From the NCBI GenBank assembly GCA_964235945.1, contig CAXSDV010000003.1, forward strand, positions 32,601 through 96,600: a stretch of DNA of 64,000 nt, given 5' to 3'. Origin of the DNA: an uncultured Caulobacteraceae bacterium (lineage in GTDB: Bacteria > Pseudomonadota > Alphaproteobacteria > Caulobacterales > Caulobacteraceae). The notes beneath the pieces are model-generated. The model was not told where the DNA came from. It made no database searches and worked only from the letters and a program-made list of their open reading frames with translations. Each line of letters begins with the position of its first letter. Position 1 is the first letter of the stretch. Shown piece after piece: positions 8,760-17,945 of this stretch. The position numbers and the translations under genes are program-made.

Positions 8760-9314
8760 ATGCGCATCACCCCGACCGCCATCGACGGCGTGCTGATCCT
8801 CGAGCCCAAGCGGTTCGGCGACGAGCGCGGCGTGTTCACCGAGACCTTCAAGGCCGACGCCCTGGCCGAAGCCGGTTTCGCCACGCCCTTCACCCAGGAC
8901 AACTGCGCCCGGTCCGGCGCGCGGGGCGTGGTGCGCGGCCTGCACATGCAGCGCGAACCCCACGCCCAGGACAAGCTGATCCGCTGCTCGCGCGGGCGCA
9001 TCTACGACGTCGCGGTGGATTGCCGGCCGGGCTCGGCCACCTTCGGCCGCCACGTCGCCCTGGAGCTGACCGCCTCCAACTGGCTGCAGCTCCTCGTGCC
9101 CCGGGGCTTCGCCCACGGCTACGCCACCTTGGAGGAGGACTGCGAGGTGCTCTACAAGGTCACCGCCCCCTACGCCCCGGCGGAGGAGGAGGGCCTCCTC
9201 TGGAGCGACCCCGCGCTCGGGATCGACTGGCCGATCGCTCCCGCCGAGGCGACCGTGAACGCGCGCGACCAGGCGTGGCCGACGCTCGCCGCCTGGGCCG
9301 CCGACCGGGGCTGA
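8760..9314 (+). CDS. rfbC: dTDP-4-dehydrorhamnose 3,5-epimerase
   Basis: 184 aa. [21 protein letters not shown]..., [36 protein letters not shown] are RmlC cupin motifs. Confidence 0.92.
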   Translation: MRITPTAIDGVLILEPKRFGDERGVFTETFKADALAEAGFATPFTQDNCARSGARGVVRGLHMQREPHAQDKLIRCSRGRIYDVAVDCRPGSATFGRHVALELTASNWLQLLVPRGFAHGYATLEEDCEVLYKVTAPYAPAEEEGLLWSDPALGIDWPIAPAEATVNARDQAWPTLAAWAADRG

Positions 9315-9340
9315 GGCTCGAGGGTCGGACCTCCGCCGGC

Positions 9341-10336
9341 GTGACCGGACCGCGCGTCACGGTGGTGGTGGTCGCCTACCAGTCGGCCGGCTACCTCCAG
9401 CCCTGCGTCGACTCGCTGGCGGCCCAAAGCTTCACCGATTTCGAGGCGGTGGTGGTGGACAACGCCTCCACCGACGGCTCGGTGGACGCCCTGCGCCTGC
9501 CGGACGCGCGCTTCCGGGTGGACCGGGCGGGCGCCAACCTGGGCTTCGCCGCCGCCAACAACCGTGCGGTGCGCGCGAGCGCCGCGCCCCACGTCGCCCT
9601 CCTGAACCCGGACGCCGTGGCCGACCCCGGCTGGCTGGCGGCGCTGGTGGCGGCGGCGCAGGCCGATCCGCGCCGGGCGAGCATAGGCTCCCTGCAGATG
9701 CGGCTGGAGGACGCGGGGCGCCTCGACGGGGTGGGCGACGTTTGGCACGCGGCGGGCCTGGCCTGGCGCGCGGGGGAGGGCTGGACCGCCGACCGCGCCC
9801 CCGGCGACGGCCCCATCCTCGGCCCCTGCGGCGCCGCCGCCCTCTACGACCGCCGCGCCTTCCTGGAGGCCGGCGGCTTCGAGGAGCGCTTCTTCTGCTA
9901 TTGCGAGGACGTGGACCTGGCGCTGCGCCTGCGCCTGCTCGGCCACGCCTCCTGGCGAGCCTCGGCGGCGGTGGTGCGCCACGCGGGCTCGGCCATATCG
10001 GGGCGGGCGAGCGACTTCACCCTGTTCCACGGTCACAGGAACCGGGTGTGGACCTTCCTGCGCAACACGCCGGGAGGCTGGTTCTGGGCGCTCCTGCCCT
10101 TCCACCTCGCCTTCAACCTGCTCTACCTGGGGCTGGCGCTGCGGCGCGGGTTCCATCGGCCCGTGTGGAAGGCCTATACGGCGGCGTGGGCGGGCCGGGC
10201 CCCCATGCGGGAGGCGGCGCGCCGTCTTCCCCGGGGGAGCTTCCGGCGCCTCCTGCCCGTGGTGGTGTGGGCGCCCTGGGCGCCCTGGTCCCGGCTGCTC
10301 AAGCCCGGACCCTTGGTGGAGTCGGACGCGCGATGA
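9341..10336 (+). CDS. Glycosyltransferase family 2 (rhamnosyltransferase-like)
   Basis: Part of ORF 9020..10336, starting at GTG 9341. [62 protein letters not shown]...[13 protein letters not shown] (GT2 DxD/ED motifs), followed by a C-terminal TM segment. The stop overlaps the next ATG (ATGA). Confidence 0.8.
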   Translation: MTGPRVTVVVVAYQSAGYLQPCVDSLAAQSFTDFEAVVVDNASTDGSVDALRLPDARFRVDRAGANLGFAAANNRAVRASAAPHVALLNPDAVADPGWLAALVAAAQADPRRASIGSLQMRLEDAGRLDGVGDVWHAAGLAWRAGEGWTADRAPGDGPILGPCGAAALYDRRAFLEAGGFEERFFCYCEDVDLALRLRLLGHASWRASAAVVRHAGSAISGRASDFTLFHGHRNRVWTFLRNTPGGWFWALLPFHLAFNLLYLGLALRRGFHRPVWKAYTAAWAGRAPMREAARRLPRGSFRRLLPVVVWAPWAPWSRLLKPGPLVESDAR

Positions 10337-11208
10337 AGGGTCTGATCCTGGCCGGCGGCTCCGGCACGCGGCTCGCGCCCGTGACGCACGCGCTCTGCAA
10401 GCAGCTCCTGCCCATCTACGACACGCCCATGATCTACCACCCCGTGTGCACGCTGATGCGCGCGGGGGTGCGCGAGATCCTGATCATCTCCACCCCGCGC
10501 GACACCCCGCTGCTGCGCGACCTCTTGGGCGACGGCTCCGCCTGGGGCGTGCGCTTCGAGTACGTGGTGCAGGACCACCCGCGAGGGCTGGCCGACGCCT
10601 TCATCCTGGGCGAGCGCTTCATCGCGGGCGGGCCCTCCGCCTTGATCCTGGGCGACAACCTGTTCCACGGGGCGGGGCTGTCCGACCTGCTGCGCCAAGC
10701 CGCCGGCCACGACGCGGGCGCGCGCGTGTTCGCCTACCAGGTGCGCGACCCCGAGCGGTACGGCGTGGTGGAGTTCGACGCGCAGGGGCGCGCCCTGTCC
10801 ATCGAGGAGAAGCCCACGCGCCCCCGCTCCGAATGGGCGGTGACCGGGCTCTACTTCTACGACGCGGACGTGGTGGAGATCGCCAAGGCGGTGCGCCCCT
10901 CGCCCCGGGGCGAGATCGAGATCACCGACATCAACCAGGCCTACCTCGACCGCGGAGACCTCCGCGTGGAGCGCCTGGGCCGCGGCTACGCCTGGCTGGA
11001 CACCGGCACCCACGACTCGCTGCTGGAGGCGGGCGACTTCATCAAGGCCATCGAGCACCGCCAGGGGCTGAAGGTCGCCTGCCCCGAGGAGATCGCCCTG
11101 CACCAGGGCTGGATCGACCCGGACGCGGTGGCCGCGCTGGGTCGCGCCATGGGCGGGGCGGACTACGGCCGCTACCTGCTGGAGGCCGCCGCCGAGGCGG
11201 GGGCTTGA
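10333..11208 (+). CDS. rfbA: Glucose-1-phosphate thymidylyltransferase (canonical copy)
   Basis: [37 protein letters not shown]..., [21 protein letters not shown]. All RmlA signature elements are intact. ATG 10333 overlaps the GT2 stop. Confidence 0.92.
   Translation: MKGLILAGGSGTRLAPVTHALCKQLLPIYDTPMIYHPVCTLMRAGVREILIISTPRDTPLLRDLLGDGSAWGVRFEYVVQDHPRGLADAFILGERFIAGGPSALILGDNLFHGAGLSDLLRQAAGHDAGARVFAYQVRDPERYGVVEFDAQGRALSIEEKPTRPRSEWAVTGLYFYDADVVEIAKAVRPSPRGEIEITDINQAYLDRGDLRVERLGRGYAWLDTGTHDSLLEAGDFIKAIEHRQGLKVACPEEIALHQGWIDPDAVAALGRAMGGADYGRYLLEAAAEAGA
10834..10902 (+). repeat. 69-nt tract identical to 7715-7783 (inside rfbA paralog 2)
   Basis: Exact identity with the copy in rfbA paralog 1, read directly from the sequence. 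Confidence 0.9.
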
Positions 11209-11273
11209 TCCAGCTACTTGGATGATGATGCTGGGGTGACCGGGCGTGCGGGCGCGCCCGGCGAGAGGATCGT

Positions 11274-12281
<1,008 letters not shown>

Positions 12282-12319
12282 ACCGCCCCGCCGTCCGCCC
12301 CCGGGCGCCGGGCTGAGGC

Positions 12320-13114
12320 GTGCCGGAGGGCCACACCATCCACCGCGCGGCGCGCGACCAGCGCCCGCACCTGGTGGGCCGCCGCCTGTCGGTCAGCTCG
12401 CCCCAGGGCCGCTTCGCGCTCGGGGCGGAACGGCTGGACGGGCGGACGTGCCTGTCGGTGGAGGCCTACGGCAAGCACCTGCTGTACGGCTTCGAGGGCG
12501 ACCTCGCCCTGCACCTGCACCTGGGGCTCTACGGCCGGTTCCACCTGCACGCCGGCCCCGCGCCCGAGCCCCGGGGCGCCGTGCGCGTGCGGCTGGCGAG
12601 CCTGGACTTCACCGTGGACTGCAACGGCCCGGCCGCCTGCGAGGTGCTGGACGCGCCCGAACGCGGGCGGCTGCTGGCGCGCATCGGGCCGGACGTGCTG
12701 CGCGCGGACGCCGACCCCGAGCGCGCCTGGGCCCGCATCCACACCACCCGCACGGGGATCGGCGCCCTCCTGATGGACCAGTCGGTGCTGTCGGGGATCG
12801 GCAACATCTACCGCACCGAGCTCCTGTGGCGCGCGCGCCTGCACCCGCTCCTGCGCGGCCGCGACCTGCCGCGCGCCGCCTTCGACGCCCTGTGGGCGGA
12901 TGCGCGCCGCCTGCTGGAGATCGGGGTGGAGACGAACGCCATCGTCACGGTGGAGGGCGGCGTCCGCGCCGCGCGCCGCCCCTTCCGCGACCGGGTGGAG
13001 ATCATGCGCAAGGCCGACTGCCCCCGCTGCGGCGGTTCCGTGCGCGAACTGGACATCGCGGGCCGCCGCGCCTTCGTCTGCGAGCATTGCGCGCCGCCGC
13101 CGGCCGGGGGCTAG
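12320..13114 (+). CDS. nei: Fpg/Nei family DNA glycosylase (endonuclease VIII-like)
   Basis: 264 aa, GTG start. N-terminal (M)PEGHTIH, the H2TH region LMDQSVLSGIGNIYRTELLW, and a C-terminal zinc finger CPRCGG...CEHC. Confidence 0.85.
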   Translation: MPEGHTIHRAARDQRPHLVGRRLSVSSPQGRFALGAERLDGRTCLSVEAYGKHLLYGFEGDLALHLHLGLYGRFHLHAGPAPEPRGAVRVRLASLDFTVDCNGPAACEVLDAPERGRLLARIGPDVLRADADPERAWARIHTTRTGIGALLMDQSVLSGIGNIYRTELLWRARLHPLLRGRDLPRAAFDALWADARRLLEIGVETNAIVTVEGGVRAARRPFRDRVEIMRKADCPRCGGSVRELDIAGRRAFVCEHCAPPPAGG

Positions 13115-13157
13115 CCTTGCGCGCGCCGGGGTAGCATTTACTTCACCCGCGGCGGCC

Positions 13158-14654
13158 ATGCTGCCGCACGATCTGCGGGATCATCGGGCGCTGCGCGTGG
13201 ACACCTCAATCCAGACCGGGCGGGCCGCGCCCGCCGCGGCTGGGGCCGGGCCGCCGCTGGTGGTGGACCTGGACGGCACGCTGGTGCGCTCGGACCTGCT
13301 GGTCGAGTCGTTCCTGGCGCTGGTCTCCGCCTCCCCCGGCCGCGCCCTCGCCGCCCTGTGGGCGCTGCGCCGGGGCAAAGCCGCCTTCAAGGCGGCGGTG
13401 GCCGACCACGCGGCGGTGGAGGCCGCGACCCTGCCCTACGACGAGGACGTGCTGGCGGCCGTGCGCGCCGCCCGCGCCGAAGGCCGCCCCACCGTGCTGG
13501 CCTCCGCCTCCGACGTGCGGCTGGTGCGCGCGGTCGCCGCCCACCTGGACGCCTTCGACGCGGTGCTGGGCTCCGAGCCCGGGACCAACCTCGCCGGCGA
13601 ACGCAAGGCGGACGCCCTGGCGGCGCGCTACGGCGAGGGCGGCTTCGACTATGTGGGCGACCACCCGGTCGACCGGGCCGTGTGGACTCGCGCGCGCCGG
13701 GCGCTCGTGGTGCGCCCCTCCGCCCGCTTCGCGCGCCGGCTGGAGCGCGAGGGCCTGGTCGTCGAGCCGCTGGGCGTGCGTCGGCCGGCGTTGCGGCCCC
13801 ACCTGAGGGCGCTGCGGCCGCACCAGTGGCTCAAGAACGCGCTGATCTTCGCGCCGCCCCTGGCGGGCCACGCCCCGCCGCCGGCCCTGCTGGCCTGCCT
13901 GCTCGCCTTCGTCAGCTTCAGCCTGTGCGCGTCCAGCGTGTACGTGCTCAACGACCTGCTGGACCTCGCCAGCGACCGCGACCACGCGCGCAAGCGTCGG
14001 CGGCCCTTCGCCAGCGGCGACGTGCCGCTGGCGCACGGCGCGCTCATGGCGCCGCTGCTGCTGCTGGCGGCCGTGGCGGTCGGGGCTTTCCTGCCCGGCC
14101 GGTTCCTGATGGTGCTGGCCGGCTATTTCGCCCTGACCCTGTCCTACTCGCTGGGGCTCAAGCGCTTGGTGATGATCGACGTGGTGACGCTGGCCTGCCT
14201 GTACGGCGCGCGCCTCTTGGCGGGGAGCGCGGCGTCCGACGTGCTGTTGTCCCACTGGCTGGAGGCGCTGGCGGTGTTCCTGTTCCTGAGCCTGGCGCTG
14301 GTGAAGCGCTTGGCCGAGCTCGTGGACCGCATCGCCGCCGGCAAGGGCGACCCCGCGGGCCGCGGCTACCGGCTGAGCGACCTGCCCATGGTGGAGGCCA
14401 TGGCCGCCGCCTCCGGCTTCGTGGCGGTGGTGGTGCTGGCGCTCTACCTCAACAGTCCGGACGTGGGGGTGTTGTACCGCTATCCCCACCGGCTGTGGCT
14501 GATCTGCGTGGTGGTGCTCTACTGGGTGAGCCGCATGCTCATCACCGCCCACCGGGGCGAGATGCACGACGACCCGGTGGTCTACGCCGTGCGCGACCGC
14601 GCCAGCCAGGTGTGCGGCCTGCTCTGCGCGGCGGTGGTGGCCTGCGCCCTGTGA
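13158..14654 (+). CDS. HAD phosphatase / UbiA prenyltransferase fusion (decaprenyl-phosphate phosphoribosyltransferase-like)
   Basis: Part of ORF 12900..14654, starting at ATG 13158. The N-terminal ~190 aa form a HAD domain (VVDLDGTLVRSD, VLASASD). The C-terminus is a multi-TM UbiA domain with RPHQWLKN, YVLNDLLDLASDRDHARKRRRPFASG and 7-8 hydrophobic segments. Confidence 0.8.
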   Translation: MLPHDLRDHRALRVDTSIQTGRAAPAAAGAGPPLVVDLDGTLVRSDLLVESFLALVSASPGRALAALWALRRGKAAFKAAVADHAAVEAATLPYDEDVLAAVRAARAEGRPTVLASASDVRLVRAVAAHLDAFDAVLGSEPGTNLAGERKADALAARYGEGGFDYVGDHPVDRAVWTRARRALVVRPSARFARRLEREGLVVEPLGVRRPALRPHLRALRPHQWLKNALIFAPPLAGHAPPPALLACLLAFVSFSLCASSVYVLNDLLDLASDRDHARKRRRPFASGDVPLAHGALMAPLLLLAAVAVGAFLPGRFLMVLAGYFALTLSYSLGLKRLVMIDVVTLACLYGARLLAGSAASDVLLSHWLEALAVFLFLSLALVKRLAELVDRIAAGKGDPAGRGYRLSDLPMVEAMAAASGFVAVVVLALYLNSPDVGVLYRYPHRLWLICVVVLYWVSRMLITAHRGEMHDDPVVYAVRDRASQVCGLLCAAVVACAL

Positions 14655-14676
14655 CCCGGCCCCCGAGCGTCCGCCC

Positions 14677-15198
14677 GTGATCCATCGCCTGATCCGCGGC
14701 GGCTTCGCCCTGCGTCGGCGCGCCGCCCTGATGCGGCTGACCGCCGCCTACGCCGCCTTCGCCGCCGTGACCACCTGCGTGAACCTGCTGGTCCAGTGGG
14801 CGGTGGTGCGCGTGGCGACGCCCCTGCACCTGGTCGACCCCAAGCTCCTGGTGCTGCCGGCCCTGGTCGCCGGCACCGGGGCGGGACTCGTGCTCAAGTA
14901 CGTGCTCGACAAGCGCTTCATCTTCCGCGACCGCACGGGCGGCGCCTCCCAGCACGTGCGCAAGTTCGGCCTGTACGCGGTGATGGGCCTGGCCACGACC
15001 GCCCTGTTCTGGGGGGCCGAGCTCCTGGCCCACCTGCTGAGCCCCGACCCGCGCGCCATGTACGTCGGCGGCGCCCTGGGACTGGCGGTCGGCTACGTGG
15101 TCAAGTACCGGCTGGACCGGCGCTTCGTGTTCGTCCAGGCCAGCAACGACGCGGCGGCGGAAGCGGCGGCGGCGGTTCCCGCGCCGGTTCTCCCGTGA
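14677..15198 (+). CDS. GtrA family membrane protein
   Basis: 173 aa with 4 TM segments. Contains the paired GtrA motifs KYVLDKRFIFR and KYRLDRRFVFV. Confidence 0.85.
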   Translation: MIHRLIRGGFALRRRAALMRLTAAYAAFAAVTTCVNLLVQWAVVRVATPLHLVDPKLLVLPALVAGTGAGLVLKYVLDKRFIFRDRTGGASQHVRKFGLYAVMGLATTALFWGAELLAHLLSPDPRAMYVGGALGLAVGYVVKYRLDRRFVFVQASNDAAAEAAAAVPAPVLP

Positions 15199-16523
15199 TC
15201 CTCTCCGGCTGGGGCCGCTTCCCCCGCGTCGACTGCGTGGTCCACCCGGTCCGCGACGCGGGGGACGCCCGCGCGGCGGTGGCCGGGGCGGGGCCGGGCG
15301 GCGTCATCGCGCGGGGCGCCGGCCGCGCCTACGGCGACGCGGCGCTCAACCCCCACGGCGTGCTCGCCATGGACCGCGCCGCGCGCTTCATCGACTTCGA
15401 CCCGGCCACGGGCGTCCTGACCGCCGAGGCGGGGGTGCTGCTGCGCGACCTGGTGGCCACCTTCGCGCCGCGCGGCTGGTTCGCCCCCGTCACCCCCGGC
15501 ACCCAGTTCGTGACCCTGGGCGGCATGGTCGCCTGCGACGTCCACGGCAAGAACCACCACGGCGCGGGCTCCATCTCGCGCCACCTGCTCTGGCTGGATC
15601 TGCTGCTGGCCGACGGCTCCGTGCGCCGCTGCTCGCCGGACGAGGACGCGGAGCTGTTCCACGCCACCTGCGGCGGCATGGGGCTCACCGGCGTGGTGCT
15701 GCGCCTGGCGCTCAAGCTCCTGCCCATAGAAACGGCCGTCATCCGCCAGACCACGGTGGCCGCGCCCAACCTGGACGCGGCCATGGCCGCCTTTGAGGAG
15801 AACCGCGCCGCAACCTATTCGGTGGCCTGGATCGACTGCCTGTCCCAGGGCCGCAGCCTGGGCCGCAGCCTCGTCCACCTGGGAGAGCACGCCCGCGCGG
15901 ACGAGCTTGCGCCCGAACGGCGCGGCGCCTCCAAGCCCAAGCGGCCCCGGCGCGTGCCGTTCGACTTTCCGGGCCTGGCGCTCAACCGGTTCAGCGTGGC
16001 CGCCTTCAACGCGCTCTACTACGCCCGCGGCCGCCCCGCCCCGGGGGGCGAGGTCTCGTGGGTCGACCTGCAGACCTACTTCTACCCGCTGGACGCCCTG
16101 CTCGACTGGAACCGCATCTACGGGCCGGGCGGCTTCGTGCAGCACCAGTGCGTGCTGCCGCCCGAGACCGCGCGCGCGGGGCTGACCGAACTCCTGACGC
16201 GCATCGCCGCGCGCGGGGCGGGCTCGTTCCTGGCGGTGCTCAAGCTCCTGGGCGAGGCGGGTCCGGGCCCGCTCTCCTTCCCACGCCCGGGCTACACCCT
16301 GGCGCTGGACTTCCCCGCCACCGCCGCCAACCTCAGCCTGCTCGTGGAGCTGGACGCGGTGGTCGCCGATCACGGCGGGCGCCTCTACCTCGCCAAGGAC
16401 GCGCGAACAGGGGCTTCCATGCTGCGCGGCTACCCCGACCTCCCCCGGTTCCGGGCGGTGCGCGACCGCGTCGATCCCGCCCGCCGCTTCCGCTCGCTGC
16501 AATCCGAAAGGCTCGGCCTGTGA
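15195..16523 (+). CDS. dprE1: FAD-dependent decaprenylphosphoryl-beta-D-ribose 2'-oxidase homologue
   Basis: Part of ORF 14796..16523, starting at GTG 15195 (GTGA overlap with the gtrA stop). LSGWGRFP, IARGAGRAYGD, VTLGGMVACDVHGKNHHGAGS, DAELFHATCGGMGLTGVV, YFYPLDALLDWNRIYGPGGFVQHQCVLP, GGRLYLAKD. Matches M. tuberculosis DprE1 block by block, as I recall that sequence. Confidence 0.85.
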   Translation: MILSGWGRFPRVDCVVHPVRDAGDARAAVAGAGPGGVIARGAGRAYGDAALNPHGVLAMDRAARFIDFDPATGVLTAEAGVLLRDLVATFAPRGWFAPVTPGTQFVTLGGMVACDVHGKNHHGAGSISRHLLWLDLLLADGSVRRCSPDEDAELFHATCGGMGLTGVVLRLALKLLPIETAVIRQTTVAAPNLDAAMAAFEENRAATYSVAWIDCLSQGRSLGRSLVHLGEHARADELAPERRGASKPKRPRRVPFDFPGLALNRFSVAAFNALYYARGRPAPGGEVSWVDLQTYFYPLDALLDWNRIYGPGGFVQHQCVLPPETARAGLTELLTRIAARGAGSFLAVLKLLGEAGPGPLSFPRPGYTLALDFPATAANLSLLVELDAVVADHGGRLYLAKDARTGASMLRGYPDLPRFRAVRDRVDPARRFRSLQSERLGL

Positions 16524-17263
16524 ACACCCTGCAAGGCCCCGTGCTGATCCTGGGCGCGCGCTCGGACATCGGCCGGGCGCTGGCCCGCGCCTACGCCGCC
16601 GAGGGGCTGTCGGTGATCCTGGCCGCGCGCCGGGCGGGCGAGCTGGAAGCGGACGCCGCCGACCTCGCCGTCCGCGCGAACGGGGCCGGCGCACGCACCG
16701 TTGAGCTGGACGTGCTGGACGCCGACCCCCGCGCCTTCTTCGACGCCCTTGGGGAGACGCCGCGCACGGTGGTCAGCGTGGTGGGCCTGTTGGGCGACCA
16801 GCGCCGCGCCGAGACCGACCCCGCCTACGCCCGCCAGGTGATCGACACCAACTTCACCGGCCCCGCCGCCCTCATGGCCGAGGCCGCCGAGCGCCTGCTG
16901 GCGGCGGGCGGCGGCTGCATCGTGGGGGTGAGCTCGGTGGCGGGCGAGCGCGGGCGCAAGTCCAACTACGTCTACGGCGCGGCCAAGGCGGGGCTGACCG
17001 CCTGGCTGTCGGGCCTGCGCCACCGCTTGGCGGGCTCCCCCGTGCGGGTGATCACCGTCAAGCCGGGCTTCGTCGACACGCGCATGACCGCGGGCATGAA
17101 CCTGCCCAAACCGCTGACCGCCCAGCCGGAGGAGGTGGCGCGCCTGGTGCTCGCCGCCCAGCGCCGCGGGCGCGAGGTGGTGTACGCCAAGCCCGTCTGG
17201 TGGGCGGTGATGGGGGTGGTGCGCCACCTGCCCGAGCCCGTGTTCAAGCGCATGAAAGTCTGA
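16520..17263 (+). CDS. dprE2: Short-chain dehydrogenase, decaprenylphosphoryl-2-keto-ribose reductase homologue
   Basis: Part of ORF 16058..17263, starting at GTG 16520 (GTGA overlap). VLILGARSDIGRALA, VGLLGDQ, SSVAGERGRKSNYVYGAAKAG, VITVKPGFVDTRMT, and a C-terminal VVRHLPEPVFKRMKV. Collinear with DprE2 as recalled. Confidence 0.8.
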   Translation: MNTLQGPVLILGARSDIGRALARAYAAEGLSVILAARRAGELEADAADLAVRANGAGARTVELDVLDADPRAFFDALGETPRTVVSVVGLLGDQRRAETDPAYARQVIDTNFTGPAALMAEAAERLLAAGGGCIVGVSSVAGERGRKSNYVYGAAKAGLTAWLSGLRHRLAGSPVRVITVKPGFVDTRMTAGMNLPKPLTAQPEEVARLVLAAQRRGREVVYAKPVWWAVMGVVRHLPEPVFKRMKV

Positions 17264-17274
17264 TCGGCCAAGCT

Positions 17275-17299
17275 CGAACGCCCGGCCGTGCGGCGCGTT
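17275..17299 (+). promoter_or_regulatory. EcfG-type (general stress sigma factor) promoter-like motif, one mismatch
   Basis: cGAAC-N16-CGTT (cgaac gcccggccgtgcggcg cgtt) in the 80-nt gap, 45 nt upstream of the response-regulator ATG. The consensus is GGAAC-N16/17-CGTT. Confidence 0.45.
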
Positions 17300-17343
17300 G
17301 TCGCGTGGTCCGCCGTAATAAAGGTGTTTGCGCCATGGCCTCC

Positions 17344-17700
17344 GACCGCAAGGTGGTGCTCGTCGTCGAGGACGAGCCGCTCATCATGGTGGACGCCATC
17401 CAGACCCTGGAGGCGGCCGGCTTCGAAGTGATCGACGCCTACGACGCCGAGCACGCCCTGGTGCAGCTCGACACCCGGCCGGACGTGATGGCGATTTTCA
17501 CGGACGTGAACATGCCCGGCCGCTACGACGGAGTGGCCCTGGCGCGCCTCGTCCACGAGCGGCGGCCCGACGTGCAGATCCTCGTCACCTCCGGCATGCA
17601 GGTGATCCGCGAGGACGACCTGCCCGACGGCGGCCGCTTCGTGGCCAAGCCCTACGACGGCGAGCAGGTGGCGGGGATCATCCACGACCTGATCGGCTGA
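17344..17700 (+). CDS. Single-domain response regulator (receiver only)
   Basis: Part of ORF 17200..17700, starting at ATG 17344. KVVLVVEDEPLIMVDA..., phospho-acceptor context AIFTDVNMPG, VTSG, VAKPY. No output domain. Confidence 0.85.
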   Translation, partial: DRKVVLVVEDEPLIMVDAIQTLEAAGFEVIDAYDAEHALVQLDTRPDVMAIFTDVNMPGRYDGVALARLVHERRPDVQILVTSGMQVIREDDLPDGGRFVAKPYDGEQVAGIIHDLIG

Positions 17701-17932
17701 AGCGCTCGGCCAGTTCGGGCGCGTAGAGCACCGCCAGGCAGAGTGCGACGCCCACCACCGCGCACGCCACGGCCACGACCGCCAGCACCAGTTCGGTGCG
17801 CAGCGGCAGCCACCATCCCGCGCGGGCCCAGGCGGGCAGGCGCGCCACCTCCGGCGGGACGGCGCGCCGCGCCAGGCGGAACACGCGGCCGGGCCCGCGC
17901 CGCAGGTCGATGGGCGGCTCGGGTTCGGCCAC
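17678..17932 (-). CDS. Small hypothetical membrane protein
   Basis: 84-aa ORF, 13 nt downstream of the ku stop on the same strand. One clear TM segment (LVLAVVAVACAVVGVALCLAVLY). Third positions are G/C-rich. Its 3' end overlaps the response-regulator gene by 23 nt. Confidence 0.45.
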   Translation of the reverse strand: MAEPEPPIDLRRGPGRVFRLARRAVPPEVARLPAWARAGWWLPLRTELVLAVVAVACAVVGVALCLAVLYAPELAERFSRSGRG

Positions 17933-17945
17933 GGGAGGGCTTCGG

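Noticed and set aside
11226-11243. Mini-uORF ATG-ATG-ATG-CTG-GGG-TGA in the leader of the UDP-xylose synthase gene.
   Set aside because: It has only five codons, no SD and no functional rationale. It was noted only because the stretch is locally AT-richer.
17678-17700. Convergent 3'-end CDS overlaps as antisense regulatory devices. The overlaps are 17678-17700, 22873-22883, 37482-37491 and the CTAG shared stop at 50600-50603.
   Set aside because: Short 3' overlaps are common in compact GC-rich genomes, and nothing in the sequence indicates a specific mechanism.
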